64,000 nt of DNA from Planctomycetota bacterium (GTDB taxonomy: Bacteria; Planctomycetota; UBA8108; SXIK01): NCBI GenBank assembly GCA_965223265.1, contig OZ244999.1:7680001-7744000 (forward strand). Direction: 5' to 3'. Position 1 is the stretch's first letter, and every line of letters begins with the position of its first letter. The notes below the pieces were generated by a model, which had not been told where the DNA came from, ran no database searches, and worked only from the letters and a program-made list of their open reading frames with translations. Made by a program: the position numbers and the translations under genes. Shown piece after piece: positions 1 to 10,172 of this stretch.

Positions 1-1023
1 TTGAGATCGCTACCACAACACACGGAACTTCGTCCAGATCTGGTCAAGAAGGTTGTCGAACACTTTTGCTTCGGTCTTGGAAAACGTGGAGACGATCTTT
101 GGGCCTCCCTCGATGGCAACGTCGTAGCGCAGGAGGCACTCAAGGACAACCTCGCGTTTGCGCGCCGCGGCCTCGAGGAGATGATTTATCAGCCAAGGAT
201 CACTGCGCTGAAGACCCTGCGACTTAGCTCTTTCGCTGCAGAGGGCGCAGCTATTGCGAAGCTACTCGACAGCCGACAGCCAAGGGCTGTGCAGCGGGAA
301 GCTCTGACGACGCTCTCAACGTTCGACGACGCCGGCGTCGCCGACGTCATCATTTCTGCGTGGCCGTCACTAAGCCCGAGCGTGCGTCCGCAGGCTGCTG
401 AGGTCTTGTTGGCGCGAGCGAATCGACTGCCGAGCGTTCTGGGTGCTCTGGAATCGGAAACGATGCGCGCCTCGGACCTCGGCGCAGCGCGCATCAAGTC
501 GCTCCGCAATCACGCAGACGATGCGATCAGAGAGAGAGCACGCAAAATCATCCCAGAAAACGTTCTGGCACGACGCGCGGACGTCACCGCCGCCTACCGC
601 AGGGCGCTAGACTTGCCGGGAAACCCGACGCGTGGCAAGGAGATCTTCCAGGCGAACTGCGCTACTTGCCATCGCGTCGAGGGAGTGGGCTTCGAGCTAG
701 GCCCGAATCTCGTTGCCATGCAGAATCGTGGTGCCGAAGCGATTCTCATGAACGTTCTCGATCCCAATCGTGAGCTTGATCCAAAGTTCACGGCCTATGT
801 CGTGACGCTGCAAGACGGGCGCGTCATCACAGGGATAATCGAAGATGAGAATCCCAACACGATCACTCTGCAGCGCGGCGACAACCAAAAAGACGTTGTG
901 GCACGCAAGGATATCCTCGGCGCCGAGAACAGCGGCCTCTCGCTCATGCCGGAAGGCTTTGAGGAAAAAATCTCGGTCGCTGACATGGCTCATTTACTCG
1001 CCTACTTGATGTCGGCGAGGTAG
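1..1023 (+). CDS. C-terminal part of a PVC-type haem-binding (CxxCH) membrane-bound dehydrogenase-like protein; 5' end outside the window
   Basis: HEAT-like helices, then RGKEIFQANCATCHR haem motif, ELGPNL, and SLMPEGFE...LLAYL C-terminus typical of this family. Confidence 0.85.
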   Translation: MRSLPQHTELRPDLVKKVVEHFCFGLGKRGDDLWASLDGNVVAQEALKDNLAFARRGLEEMIYQPRITALKTLRLSSFAAEGAAIAKLLDSRQPRAVQREALTTLSTFDDAGVADVIISAWPSLSPSVRPQAAEVLLARANRLPSVLGALESETMRASDLGAARIKSLRNHADDAIRERARKIIPENVLARRADVTAAYRRALDLPGNPTRGKEIFQANCATCHRVEGVGFELGPNLVAMQNRGAEAILMNVLDPNRELDPKFTAYVVTLQDGRVITGIIEDENPNTITLQRGDNQKDVVARKDILGAENSGLSLMPEGFEEKISVADMAHLLAYLMSAR

Positions 1024-1352
1024 ATCTCAGAGGCCGCAAGAGCCCCCGCCGCGGTCTCTGTGGCCATCTGACGGTCGTTTGCGAGCCTATCGTGAAGAAG
1101 TGATGCACGCCGAGCTCGCAGCTCCGTCCCAACTCAATGCGCTCATCGGTTGGGTTTCTGGCGACTTTCATTCACGAGCTCTGCGTCAACAAAAGAGACT
1201 CTCGCAAAGCGAGCGAAACCCGCGAGAGACGCCTGACAGATGAACCGAAGAAGAACCGGCCGTTCGGAGCCGGATACCGATGCGACGGAGACAGAGACGA
1301 ACTGACTCCGAACGCGCGTGGCTGCTGCTTTGCACGCATGCGCTCACCCTCC

Positions 1353-1675
1353 CAAGACCGGACGGCACACCGGAGTGTGCCTGCTACTTTGGTCGGCCGC
1401 CCTTCGTTGACTTGGTTTCCTTTTGTTCAACTCTTCTTCTCGTCTTTTGAACAGAAGCACACGAAGCGAACGAAGGCGAGACAGAGAAGCGGCAAACGCT
1501 CGTGACGCACTCCCAAACAAGACCGGACGGCACACCGGAGTGTGCCTGCTACTTTGGTCGGCCGCCCTTCGTTGACTTGGTTTCCTTTTGTTCAACTCTT
1601 CTTCTCGTCTTTTGAACAGAAGCACACGAAGCGAACGAAGGCGAGACAGAGAAGCGGCAAACGCTCGTGACGCAC
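1353..1675. repeat. Direct tandem duplication of 158 bp (1353-1510 and 1518-1675, period 165) containing a REP-like hairpin
   Basis: Both copies read caagaccggacggcacaccggagtgtgcctgctact...gctcgtgacgcac; each holds the GGCACAC-CGGA-GTGTGCC hairpin and an imperfect inverted repeat cttcgtt..tgttcaa / ttgaaca..aacgaag. Confidence 0.92.
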
Positions 1676-1966
1676 ACGCAATCGCGCGTGGCCTTGAAAC
1701 GCTTCTCTTTCGCAACAACGGGACGGAGGCGGATCGTCCTTGTCCGTCTCCGCTTAGAAAACCGAGTCGCACGGGCCCCATAATGCGCCAACTCCGCTCA
1801 GGCGTCGGGAAGACTTCCGATATCGGGTGCACTGGGCACCTCAACGGCCATTCTCAACCCTGCAGGTTAGACTTCTACCGGCAGATTGCGTGCTGCTGCG
1901 GGCAAGGGTAACCCGCGCGTCTCAACCACCTCAGCCCCCCCACGCCAGTAGATTTCAGACTGCAAG

Positions 1967-4900
1967 ATGAGCGACGTAGACTCGAGAACTCCGGATTACG
2001 CCGAAACAGACATCGCCATTGTTGGACTCGCCGCACGCCTGCCAGGAGCCCAGACCGCGAGCGAGTTCTGGCGCAACTTGTGCGAAGGCGTCGAATCGAT
2101 CCGTTATCTCAGCGACTCCGACCTGTTGCAAGCAGGTGTGGCGCGCGACCTGCTGCGCAACCCGAGCTACGTCAAGTCGGATCACCCGCTCGAAGGGGCG
2201 GAACTGTTCGACGCAGACTTCTTCGGATTGACGCCGACCGAAGCTTCGGTGATGGATCCGCAGCACCGCCAGTTCCTCGAATGCGTGTGGGAAGCCTTGG
2301 AGGACGCTGGTCATGTGCCAGAGAGCTTTCCAGGCGCGATCGGCGTCTTCGGCGGCTCCGGGATGAACGCATACCTCATGCTGAATGTCCTGACGCACCG
2401 CGATTTGGTCGACAATCTCGGCGTCTTCTTCTTGCGTCACACCGGGAACGACAAGGATTTCCTCGCCACGCGAGCCTCGTACGAGTTGGATCTTCGCGGG
2501 CCGAGTGTCAACGTGCAGACAGCGTGTTCCACCTCGCTCGTTGCAGTTCATCTCGCGTGCCAGAGTCTCATCAGCGGCGAAAGCGACCTCGCTCTCGCTG
2601 GCGGCGTCACCATCAATCTGCCGCTCGGTCATGGGTATCTGTTTCAAGAGGGGGAAGTTCTTTCACCTGATGGTCATTGCCATGCCTTCGATCACCGCGC
2701 CGCCGGCACGATCTTCGGCAACGGCGTTGGCGTCGTCGCGCTTCGCCGACTCCAAGACGCGCTCGAAGATCGTGACTCGATCCGAGCCATCATCAAAGGC
2801 ACAGCAGTGAACAACGACGGGTCTGGCAAAGTCGGCTACTTTGCTCCGAGCGTCGACGGTCAAGCCAAGGCGATCCTAGAAGCTCTGACCGTCGCGGATG
2901 TCGACGCCGACACCATTTCGTACGTCGAAGCTCACGGCACTGGGACACCGATGGGCGACCCGATCGAAATCGAAGCACTGACGCTCGCGTTCCGTGAACA
3001 CACCGACCGCGTCGGCTACTGCAGGATCGGCTCGGTGAAAACCAATATCGGCCACCTCGACACCGCCGCTGGTGTCGCCAGTTTGATCAAGACGGCGCTA
3101 GCGCTCGAGAACCGTGAAATCCCTGCCAGCCTTCACTATGAAGCTCCCAACCCGCAAATCGACTTCGCTGCCAGTCCTTTCGTCGTCAATCACGAACTCA
3201 CGGCATGGGAAAGGGATGGCGCACCGCGGCGCGCAGGGGTCAGCTCCCTCGGGGTCGGCGGCACCAACGCTCACGTCATTCTCGAGGAAGCTCCACTCAG
3301 CGAGGAGGGCGACGACAACGAGGGCAGCAGCGATTCTGCACACGAGTGGCAAACGCTCCTGATTTCGGCGAAGTCACCGGCTGCGCTCGATTCCATGCGC
3401 GGCAAATTGGCTGACCGGTTGGAGCAAGGTGGACTCGAGCTAGCGGACGTCGCCTTCACCCTGCGGCAAGGGAGAGCGACCATGCCGCACCGAGCCTGCG
3501 TCGCAGCCCGTTCGCTTGACGACGCAGCCGCGGCGCTGCGTGAAGCCGACAGTCAACGGTACTTCACCGCGGCAGCCCCGGAGAACGCACCCGCCCTGGC
3601 GTTCATGTTTTCAGGAGCGGGTACGCAGTACCCAGGGATGGGTCAGGGACTGTACGCGTCGGAGAGCGTCTACCGCGACACCATCGACAGCCTCGCGGAC
3701 GAAGTCAAACGACGCACCGACCTCGATCTTAAGAACCTGCTGTTTCCGCCTGCGGGCAAGGGTACAGGAGAGCAGCTCGAATCCCCGCTCGCGGCAGTAA
3801 CCTCGCTTTTCATCACAGAGCTCGCCATGGCAAGACTCTGGCTGTCGGTTGGTGTTGAACCGGACGTCTTCATGGGGCACAGCCTGGGCGAATACGCTGC
3901 GGCGTGTCTGGCCGGAGTCCTTGACGAGCGCGACGCACTCTCGATCGTGATCAAACGTGGCGAGATCTTCTGCCGGCTCGAACCAGGTGCGATGCTGAGC
4001 GTGCCACTCCCAGAAAGCGAGCTGCGCGAAATCGCCGGCGACGATCTCGACATCGCAGCGATCAACGCGCCTGGTTACGGCGTCGTCTCGGGACCGGAGA
4101 GAGAAATCGACGCGCTCACCTCCAAGCTTGAGAGCCGCGAAATTGAGTTCCGACGTCTTCGCGTTCGCCTTGCAGGACACTCGAAGATGCTGGAGCCGCA
4201 TCTTGATGAGTTCTCTGATCATATCAAGGCGATTCGCTTCAACGAACCGAACGCTCGTCTGGTTTCAAATCTGACGGGGCGCTTCGTCGAACCCAACGAA
4301 GTGACGACGACGCAGTATTGGGTCGATCACCTGCGTCGAACTGTTCGCTTCGCCGACGGCATCGCGGCCCTCTTCGACAGCGGACCGCACGCACTCCTCG
4401 AGGTCGGACCTGGCACAGCTCTCACCTCGCTCGTGCACGCCCAGGGCGGCGATCAGCCAGTTCGGGCAGTTCCATCGATGCGGCATCCGAACGATCCTGC
4501 CGATGACATCCAAGCATTTCGGACCAGCTGCGGACGCCTTTGGCTCCACGGCGTCGACGTCGATTGGAACCGGCTCGATCGCGGACGACGCCCCCACAGG
4601 GTGTCTTTGCCGACATACCCCTTCGAGAAGAAGCGTCACTGGCTCGCCCCGCAGCAAGTGACCCACGGTGCGGCCATGAAAGGTGATGGCGTGCCGCGGA
4701 GACTCGCAAACTCGGGCGAGTGGTTGTGGACACCAATCTGGCAACGGACAGCCCCGCTTCCCGATCGCAGCGCGTATCCAGTGACCAAACAGACTTGGCT
4801 CATCTTTGCCGACGAGCAGGGATTCGCCGCCGCGCTCGCAGCAGAGTGCCGCGCGCGCGATCATGAAGTCATCGAAGCGACCGTCGGCAGTGAGTTTCAC

Positions 4901-7900
4901 TTCGCCGATGGGAACCACGTGACGCTTCAGCTCGGCTGTAAGGAGGATTACGAGCGTCTGTTCGAGCAGCTCGAGAGGGACGGCAGAACGCCGCATGTCG
5001 TCGCACACTGTTGGGCGCTTGGTGATGACGATTCCACCAGCGTGGACCAACTCTCCGCTGCGGACGACATCATCGGACGATCGTTCATCAGTGCGACGCA
5101 TCTGCTGCAGGCGATCGCGGCTGACCCGGAACCGGAGACGCGGGTCCTGTTCGTCACCGACGGCGTTCACACTGTTGGTGAACACCTCGCTGCGCACCCC
5201 CTCAAGGCGACGATCCTCGGACCGACGCGCGTCGCTCCAAATGAAGTACCGGAACTCTCGTGCTGTTCGTGTGATATCGACACAGATCTCGTCGCCAAGG
5301 CCACATCGTCCCCTGACGACAAGGCACGCGTCGCGCGGCTTCTCTACGTCGAGTCGCAGGCTGATCGACTCGAACCGGTTGTCGCATTCCGCGACGGCGA
5401 TCGCTGGATCCAAAAACTAGAGACTTGCGGATCGGGCACGAATCCACCAGCGCCGTATGAGTTTCGACGCGGGGGAGTGTACCTACTCACCGGAGGCCTG
5501 GGCGATCTGGCCCTCGTGCACGCGGAGTACCTGGCGCACAACTACCAGGCGAAACTAGCGCTCGTTTCGCGTCGGAACTTCCCAGCTGAGTGCGAGTGGG
5601 TGCGGTGGCTCAACGACTACGGCGAACGCCATCCCGTGTGCCGGCGCATTCGTCAAATTGAACGGCTCCAAGAACTGGGCGCGGAGGTCATTGTCCTGCA
5701 AGCGGATGTTACCGACCACAACGCCATGGAGCAGGCGGTGCGCTCCACCGTCGATCGCTTCGGTGCGCTCCACGGAGTTTTCCACAGCGCGGGTCGGGTC
5801 GACGATGGCCCGTTGGCCTCGAAACAGACTGAAGACCTACAGAGGGTGCTGGCGCCCAAAGTCCAAGGCACACTTGTCCTCGACGCGGTGACGCGCGATC
5901 TCGATCTCGACATCACGATTCTGTTCTCGTCCACGAGCTCGTTCCTCGGGCTACCAGGGCAAATTGACTACGCCGCTGCCAACTCGTTCTTGGACGCATT
6001 CGCGCAAAGCCGCGTTGCCGCATCGGGCTCACGCGTCGTGGCGATCAATTGGGGCGTATGGAAAGGAGTCGGAATGGCGGCTCGGGCGGTCGATCCGTCG
6101 CGCGCCGAGCAGCCGACGGCGGACGAGCTGCGTGAGCGACATCCTCTCCTGAACTTTCGAGATCAACCAACGGAAGACGAGACGCGAATCGCCAGTTACT
6201 TGACAGCCGATCGGCACTGGGTTCTCGACGGTCACCGCGCCAAGACCGGCCATGCCGTGCTCCCCGGCACCGGCTGTATCGAACTCATCGCGGCTGCATT
6301 CCGTGAAGTCGCCGGCGAGACAGCATTCAGGGCGGATTCCCTGGCGCTCTTGAACCCGATCGAAGTTCGAGCGGAGGCGCACAAGGAAGTAGAGATCCGC
6401 TACGCTCGAGGAGCTGCGGGTTACGCGGTGACCATTGATAGTCGAGACACCGGAGACGGCCCCGGAAGCGATTGGCGTCACAATGTGACCTGCGATGTCA
6501 GCGCTGTTTCCTCGAAGACACCACGCCGCGTAGATCTGGATAGCATCCATCGGCGCTGCAAGCCTCTTCAGAGCGAGGCCATCGATTGGCGGCGGAGCAC
6601 CCAGGGAGCTTTCGTCGATTTCGGCGAACGCTGGAATTGTCTGACCAGCGTTTCGGGAGCAGAGGACGAACTCCTCGCAGAGATTCGACTCAACGAGAAA
6701 TACCAAGATGAGACTGTCGACTATCAGACCCATCCTGCTCTTCTCGATGTCGCACTGGGTGCCGGGCTCTTGCTCATCGATTCGCGCACACGACACGACA
6801 ATCTTTACGTGCCGATGGCATGCGAGAGCTTCACGCTCTACGCCCCTCTTCCGGCGCACTTCTTCAGCCACGTGCGCCTGACGTCGCCGGGTGGCGAAAG
6901 TCACGGAGGTGGCTATGACGCCGACGTCATCACGATGGACGCGACCCTTGTTGCGCCCGATGGCGCACCGCTCATGTCCTTCGTTGGATTCACGCTGCGA
7001 AGGATCGACGGACGCAGCGCTTTTGCGACCACTGCCGACCGCACGCTCGAATCACAGCGGCCTGACGAACGCCAAGACGCGACCGTTGGGGCCGAGCCGT
7101 CACGACCGAAATCGCTCCTGGAAGAACTCGTCGATGAGGGGATCCCCGCGGACGAAGGAATCCTTGCTCTCGAGAAGGCCCTGGGCAACGGAGAGCGCGC
7201 CCAAGTGTTGATCTCGTCGCTCGATTTCAGCGAGCTCACCCACTTCGTGGAGACCCAGTTCGGGTCCAAGTCGAAGCCACAGGCGTCACGCTCAGCGAGC
7301 TCAAAAGGGCAGGCGGAAGCGCGCGACGAGGTCGAGGCGAAAGTCCGTGAGATTTGGAGCGACGTGCTCGGCGTGGACGTCGGACTCACCGACAGCTTCT
7401 TCGACCTCGGCGGCCACTCCATCCTCGCGGTTCGCCTTCTCGCCAAGATCAAGAAGACCTACTCCGTCGAGCTTCCGCTGGCCAGCCTTTTCCAAGCGCC
7501 GACTGTTGAGAAGATGGCGGCCGTCGTGAAGGAAAAGATTGGTTTCACGCCGAGCGCAGCGGGAGAGACCGCCCCATCGACGCCCCAGTACGTCGTCGAA
7601 CTGCAGCGCGGCGCCGGTTTGCCGCGACTTTTTTGCGTGCACGGAGTCGGCGGCAACGTACTCAAGTTCAGCGATCTCGCCCGGCGCCTTGGAAGCGACC
7701 AACCGTTCTACGGTATCCAAGCGCGGGGCGTCGACGGCAAGACACCACCGCACACCAGTATCGGCGACATGGCAAGCAGCTACCTGGAAGAAGTCCGTCA
7801 AGTCCAGGAGACGGGGCCCTACTTTCTCTGTGGCTACTCTGCGGGCGGAGTGATCGCGTTCGAGATGGCACAGCAGTTACTCGCCGCTGGCGAGGAAGTT

Positions 7901-8386
7901 GCGCTGCTGGCGTTTCTCGACACGTACCACCCGTCGCAGTACGCCAACCGCGCCCTGCCGGGAAAGACGGAGGATTCCGGTCTGAAGAAGAAGCTGCGAC
8001 GCCATTGGAAACGCTTCGTCGGCGCGCAGCGCGATCGCTTCAAGAACCAAATGCTCAAGCTACACCGTCGTTTGAAGCGTCCGCTACCGCCTTACCTCCG
8101 GCCGCAGAACCTCGCTCTTCATTACTATGCCGCCGTGCGCAGCCACGAGACCGGCATCTATCCCGGAGACGTGATCAACTTCGTCGCTGGGGAGAAGCTG
8201 ATCGAGACGAGCCCGTCGCTGGGCTGGGATCCGTACGTCGCGGGCGACTTGACCGTCGAGACCATTCCGGGCACGCACGACGACTTCTTGCTCGAACCGA
8301 ACGTGCTGCACATGATCGACGCGCTCAGGAAGGCGATCGATTCGGCGGCCGCGCGCAGCAAAAGTCAGAATTTCAGTCGGACTTAG
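1967..8386 (+). CDS. Single-module type I polyketide synthase KS-AT-KR-DH-ACP/PCP-TE
   Basis: KS VQTACSTS, EAHGTGT, NIGHL; AT GHSLG; KR TGGLGDLA and YAAAN; DH HRAKTGHAVLP and HPALLD; carrier FFDLGGHSI; thioesterase GYSAGG and PGTH. Confidence 0.95.
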   Translation: MSDVDSRTPDYAETDIAIVGLAARLPGAQTASEFWRNLCEGVESIRYLSDSDLLQAGVARDLLRNPSYVKSDHPLEGAELFDADFFGLTPTEASVMDPQHRQFLECVWEALEDAGHVPESFPGAIGVFGGSGMNAYLMLNVLTHRDLVDNLGVFFLRHTGNDKDFLATRASYELDLRGPSVNVQTACSTSLVAVHLACQSLISGESDLALAGGVTINLPLGHGYLFQEGEVLSPDGHCHAFDHRAAGTIFGNGVGVVALRRLQDALEDRDSIRAIIKGTAVNNDGSGKVGYFAPSVDGQAKAILEALTVADVDADTISYVEAHGTGTPMGDPIEIEALTLAFREHTDRVGYCRIGSVKTNIGHLDTAAGVASLIKTALALENREIPASLHYEAPNPQIDFAASPFVVNHELTAWERDGAPRRAGVSSLGVGGTNAHVILEEAPLSEEGDDNEGSSDSAHEWQTLLISAKSPAALDSMRGKLADRLEQGGLELADVAFTLRQGRATMPHRACVAARSLDDAAAALREADSQRYFTAAAPENAPALAFMFSGAGTQYPGMGQGLYASESVYRDTIDSLADEVKRRTDLDLKNLLFPPAGKGTGEQLESPLAAVTSLFITELAMARLWLSVGVEPDVFMGHSLGEYAAACLAGVLDERDALSIVIKRGEIFCRLEPGAMLSVPLPESELREIAGDDLDIAAINAPGYGVVSGPEREIDALTSKLESREIEFRRLRVRLAGHSKMLEPHLDEFSDHIKAIRFNEPNARLVSNLTGRFVEPNEVTTTQYWVDHLRRTVRFADGIAALFDSGPHALLEVGPGTALTSLVHAQGGDQPVRAVPSMRHPNDPADDIQAFRTSCGRLWLHGVDVDWNRLDRGRRPHRVSLPTYPFEKKRHWLAPQQVTHGAAMKGDGVPRRLANSGEWLWTPIWQRTAPLPDRSAYPVTKQTWLIFADEQGFAAALAAECRARDHEVIEATVGSEFHFADGNHVTLQLGCKEDYERLFEQLERDGRTPHVVAHCWALGDDDSTSVDQLSAADDIIGRSFISATHLLQAIAADPEPETRVLFVTDGVHTVGEHLAAHPLKATILGPTRVAPNEVPELSCCSCDIDTDLVAKATSSPDDKARVARLLYVESQADRLEPVVAFRDGDRWIQKLETCGSGTNPPAPYEFRRGGVYLLTGGLGDLALVHAEYLAHNYQAKLALVSRRNFPAECEWVRWLNDYGERHPVCRRIRQIERLQELGAEVIVLQADVTDHNAMEQAVRSTVDRFGALHGVFHSAGRVDDGPLASKQTEDLQRVLAPKVQGTLVLDAVTRDLDLDITILFSSTSSFLGLPGQIDYAAANSFLDAFAQSRVAASGSRVVAINWGVWKGVGMAARAVDPSRAEQPTADELRERHPLLNFRDQPTEDETRIASYLTADRHWVLDGHRAKTGHAVLPGTGCIELIAAAFREVAGETAFRADSLALLNPIEVRAEAHKEVEIRYARGAAGYAVTIDSRDTGDGPGSDWRHNVTCDVSAVSSKTPRRVDLDSIHRRCKPLQSEAIDWRRSTQGAFVDFGERWNCLTSVSGAEDELLAEIRLNEKYQDETVDYQTHPALLDVALGAGLLLIDSRTRHDNLYVPMACESFTLYAPLPAHFFSHVRLTSPGGESHGGGYDADVITMDATLVAPDGAPLMSFVGFTLRRIDGRSAFATTADRTLESQRPDERQDATVGAEPSRPKSLLEELVDEGIPADEGILALEKALGNGERAQVLISSLDFSELTHFVETQFGSKSKPQASRSASSKGQAEARDEVEAKVREIWSDVLGVDVGLTDSFFDLGGHSILAVRLLAKIKKTYSVELPLASLFQAPTVEKMAAVVKEKIGFTPSAAGETAPSTPQYVVELQRGAGLPRLFCVHGVGGNVLKFSDLARRLGSDQPFYGIQARGVDGKTPPHTSIGDMASSYLEEVRQVQETGPYFLCGYSAGGVIAFEMAQQLLAAGEEVALLAFLDTYHPSQYANRALPGKTEDSGLKKKLRRHWKRFVGAQRDRFKNQMLKLHRRLKRPLPPYLRPQNLALHYYAAVRSHETGIYPGDVINFVAGEKLIETSPSLGWDPYVAGDLTVETIPGTHDDFLLEPNVLHMIDALRKAIDSAAARSKSQNFSRT

Positions 8387-8391
8387 TGCTC

Positions 8392-8650
8392 GCAGAGACG
8401 GAAGCAGAGCAGAGACGGAAGCCCGCACGCCCACCCAAGCAAGAACGGCGCTCAGTCAAAAGTGGAGAAGAGACGTGCTGCCATGAGCGTTCTTGCGGTG
8501 GCATGGTTGCCACCCGTCTCCGTCTCTGATTCCTTCGCGGTTTCCGTGTGCGGTCCCGTTCCCGCCTGCGTCTGCGCGAGCGTGCGGGCGTTCCGCCTTC
8601 CGTCTCCGCCTCTGTCTCCGCCTCCCTGCCACTCGCCCTCTCGCTCACTC
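8392..8650. repeat. Low-complexity 6-periodic intergenic repeats (GCAGAGACGGAA-like and complementary CCGTCT/CTGTCT)
   Basis: gcagagacggaagc occurs twice at 8392-8422; complementary cttccgtctccgcctctgtctccgcc at about 8597-8622. Confidence 0.6.
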
Positions 8651-8720
8651 TCCGATTCGGAACGAGAGCCCATCTCGACGCCGTGGTATAGTGCCCGCTT
8701 GAAGATGGAGGACATGCACT

Positions 8721-10154
8721 ATGGCCTATCGATGCCGCTCGTTCGCACTCGGGAAGCGTCGGATCGGACTCTGCCTGCTCAGCCTACTTTTCCTGTCGAC
8801 GCTCGCCGCTGAACCGACTCGGCTGCCACGCAAGGGTCCTTTTTTTCCCGTAGACGAACGGATCGTCGAGGACCGCTGGCACTTGGAACGGTTCGTCGTG
8901 CGGCTGCAGCGTCACGCCGCGAATCCCGTCATCGTTCGAGAGCATCCGTGGGAAACGAATGGCGCCTACGCCGGGCAGACGCTGAAGGATCCTAAGACTG
9001 GCGCGTTTTTGATGTGGTACGGTGTCTTTGACGAGTACGCGTACAACAACCGTTTGCCGTTCTCCTACAACATCTGCTTCGCTACGTCGCGCGACGGGGT
9101 CGCGTGGACGAAGCCGCATCTCGGCGTCTTCGATTTTCGAGGCAGCAAAGCGAACAACATCATCCGCCTCGGTCGCACGAAGACGCAGCAGATCGACGTT
9201 GCGCTGAAGCCACAGAACAGCGACCTGCCGGGAGAGTTCGTTGCGATCCACAACGACAAGGGCGGCGTGTTCGTCTCCACTTCGAGCGACGGCCGCGCCT
9301 TCGATTTCCTTCAAGAGAAAGCGGCGGTGACGTACCACAGCGATACCACCAACAACTTCGTCTACGACGAAATGGACGACCGTTGGCTCATGTACGTGCG
9401 GCCACAGGCTTACGCTGGTTCAGGCTTGCCACACGTCGGACGACGCCGCGTCGCGGTCAAGGAGAGCGGCGATCTCCGCCGCTGGACACCTGAGCGGACC
9501 GTCTTGGTGCCCGAGGAAAACGATCCTGACTACTTCTACGGCATGAGCGTCTTTCGCCGCGGCGATCTTTTCTTCGGCCTCCTCGAACTCTACGAAACGG
9601 TGCACCATCACATCGACATGGAGCTGACGTGGAGTGCCGACGGCTACCACTGGGAGCGTATCCCTGTGCGCACCCTTGGTCGACTACTCGAGCATGGCGC
9701 CGAGGGAGCATGGGACGCCGGCATGGTCGTCGCCACAGGCGACCCGCTCGAGATCGGCGAGGAGCTTTGGTTCTACTACGGTGCCACGGATACCGCGCAT
9801 GACCAGATCGGCACCGCGGGTGTCGGCATCGCGACGACCAAACGCGACCGACTGGTCGGTGTCCGCGGCGCGAAGGGGGCGCATGGTCGTCTGCTGACGC
9901 GGCCGTTCGAAGTCAAAGGAGGCCTGCGACTGAACGCGCGGGCGCGCGGTACGATCCGTGTCAGCGTTCACACGACGTCAGACAGCCCCATGGACGGCTG
10001 GAGCGCGGCCGACTGTGACGCCATCAGCGGCGACCACCTCGACGCTGCCGTTCTCTGGGGGAAAAAGGGACTCAACCAGCTCCGCGGCCAGGCCGTGCGA
10101 CTGCGCTTCCACCTCGACGACGCCGAACTGTTCGCGTTCGACTTCGAGCGCTAG
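8721..10154 (+). CDS. Secreted five-bladed beta-propeller glycoside-hydrolase-like protein (GH32/43/130 clan-like)
   Basis: Signal-like N-terminus; NPVI, ATSRDGVAWTKP, WSADGYHWER and WDAGMV..ELWFYYGA blade motifs; C-terminal LRLNA..LRFHL beta-sandwich. Confidence 0.7.
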   Translation: MAYRCRSFALGKRRIGLCLLSLLFLSTLAAEPTRLPRKGPFFPVDERIVEDRWHLERFVVRLQRHAANPVIVREHPWETNGAYAGQTLKDPKTGAFLMWYGVFDEYAYNNRLPFSYNICFATSRDGVAWTKPHLGVFDFRGSKANNIIRLGRTKTQQIDVALKPQNSDLPGEFVAIHNDKGGVFVSTSSDGRAFDFLQEKAAVTYHSDTTNNFVYDEMDDRWLMYVRPQAYAGSGLPHVGRRRVAVKESGDLRRWTPERTVLVPEENDPDYFYGMSVFRRGDLFFGLLELYETVHHHIDMELTWSADGYHWERIPVRTLGRLLEHGAEGAWDAGMVVATGDPLEIGEELWFYYGATDTAHDQIGTAGVGIATTKRDRLVGVRGAKGAHGRLLTRPFEVKGGLRLNARARGTIRVSVHTTSDSPMDGWSAADCDAISGDHLDAAVLWGKKGLNQLRGQAVRLRFHLDDAELFAFDFER

Positions 10155-10172
10155 TCAGAAAGCAACTGCTCG

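Noticed and set aside
1353-1675. CRISPR array or tRNA
   Set aside because: Two long identical units without unique spacers, no cas genes and no cloverleaf
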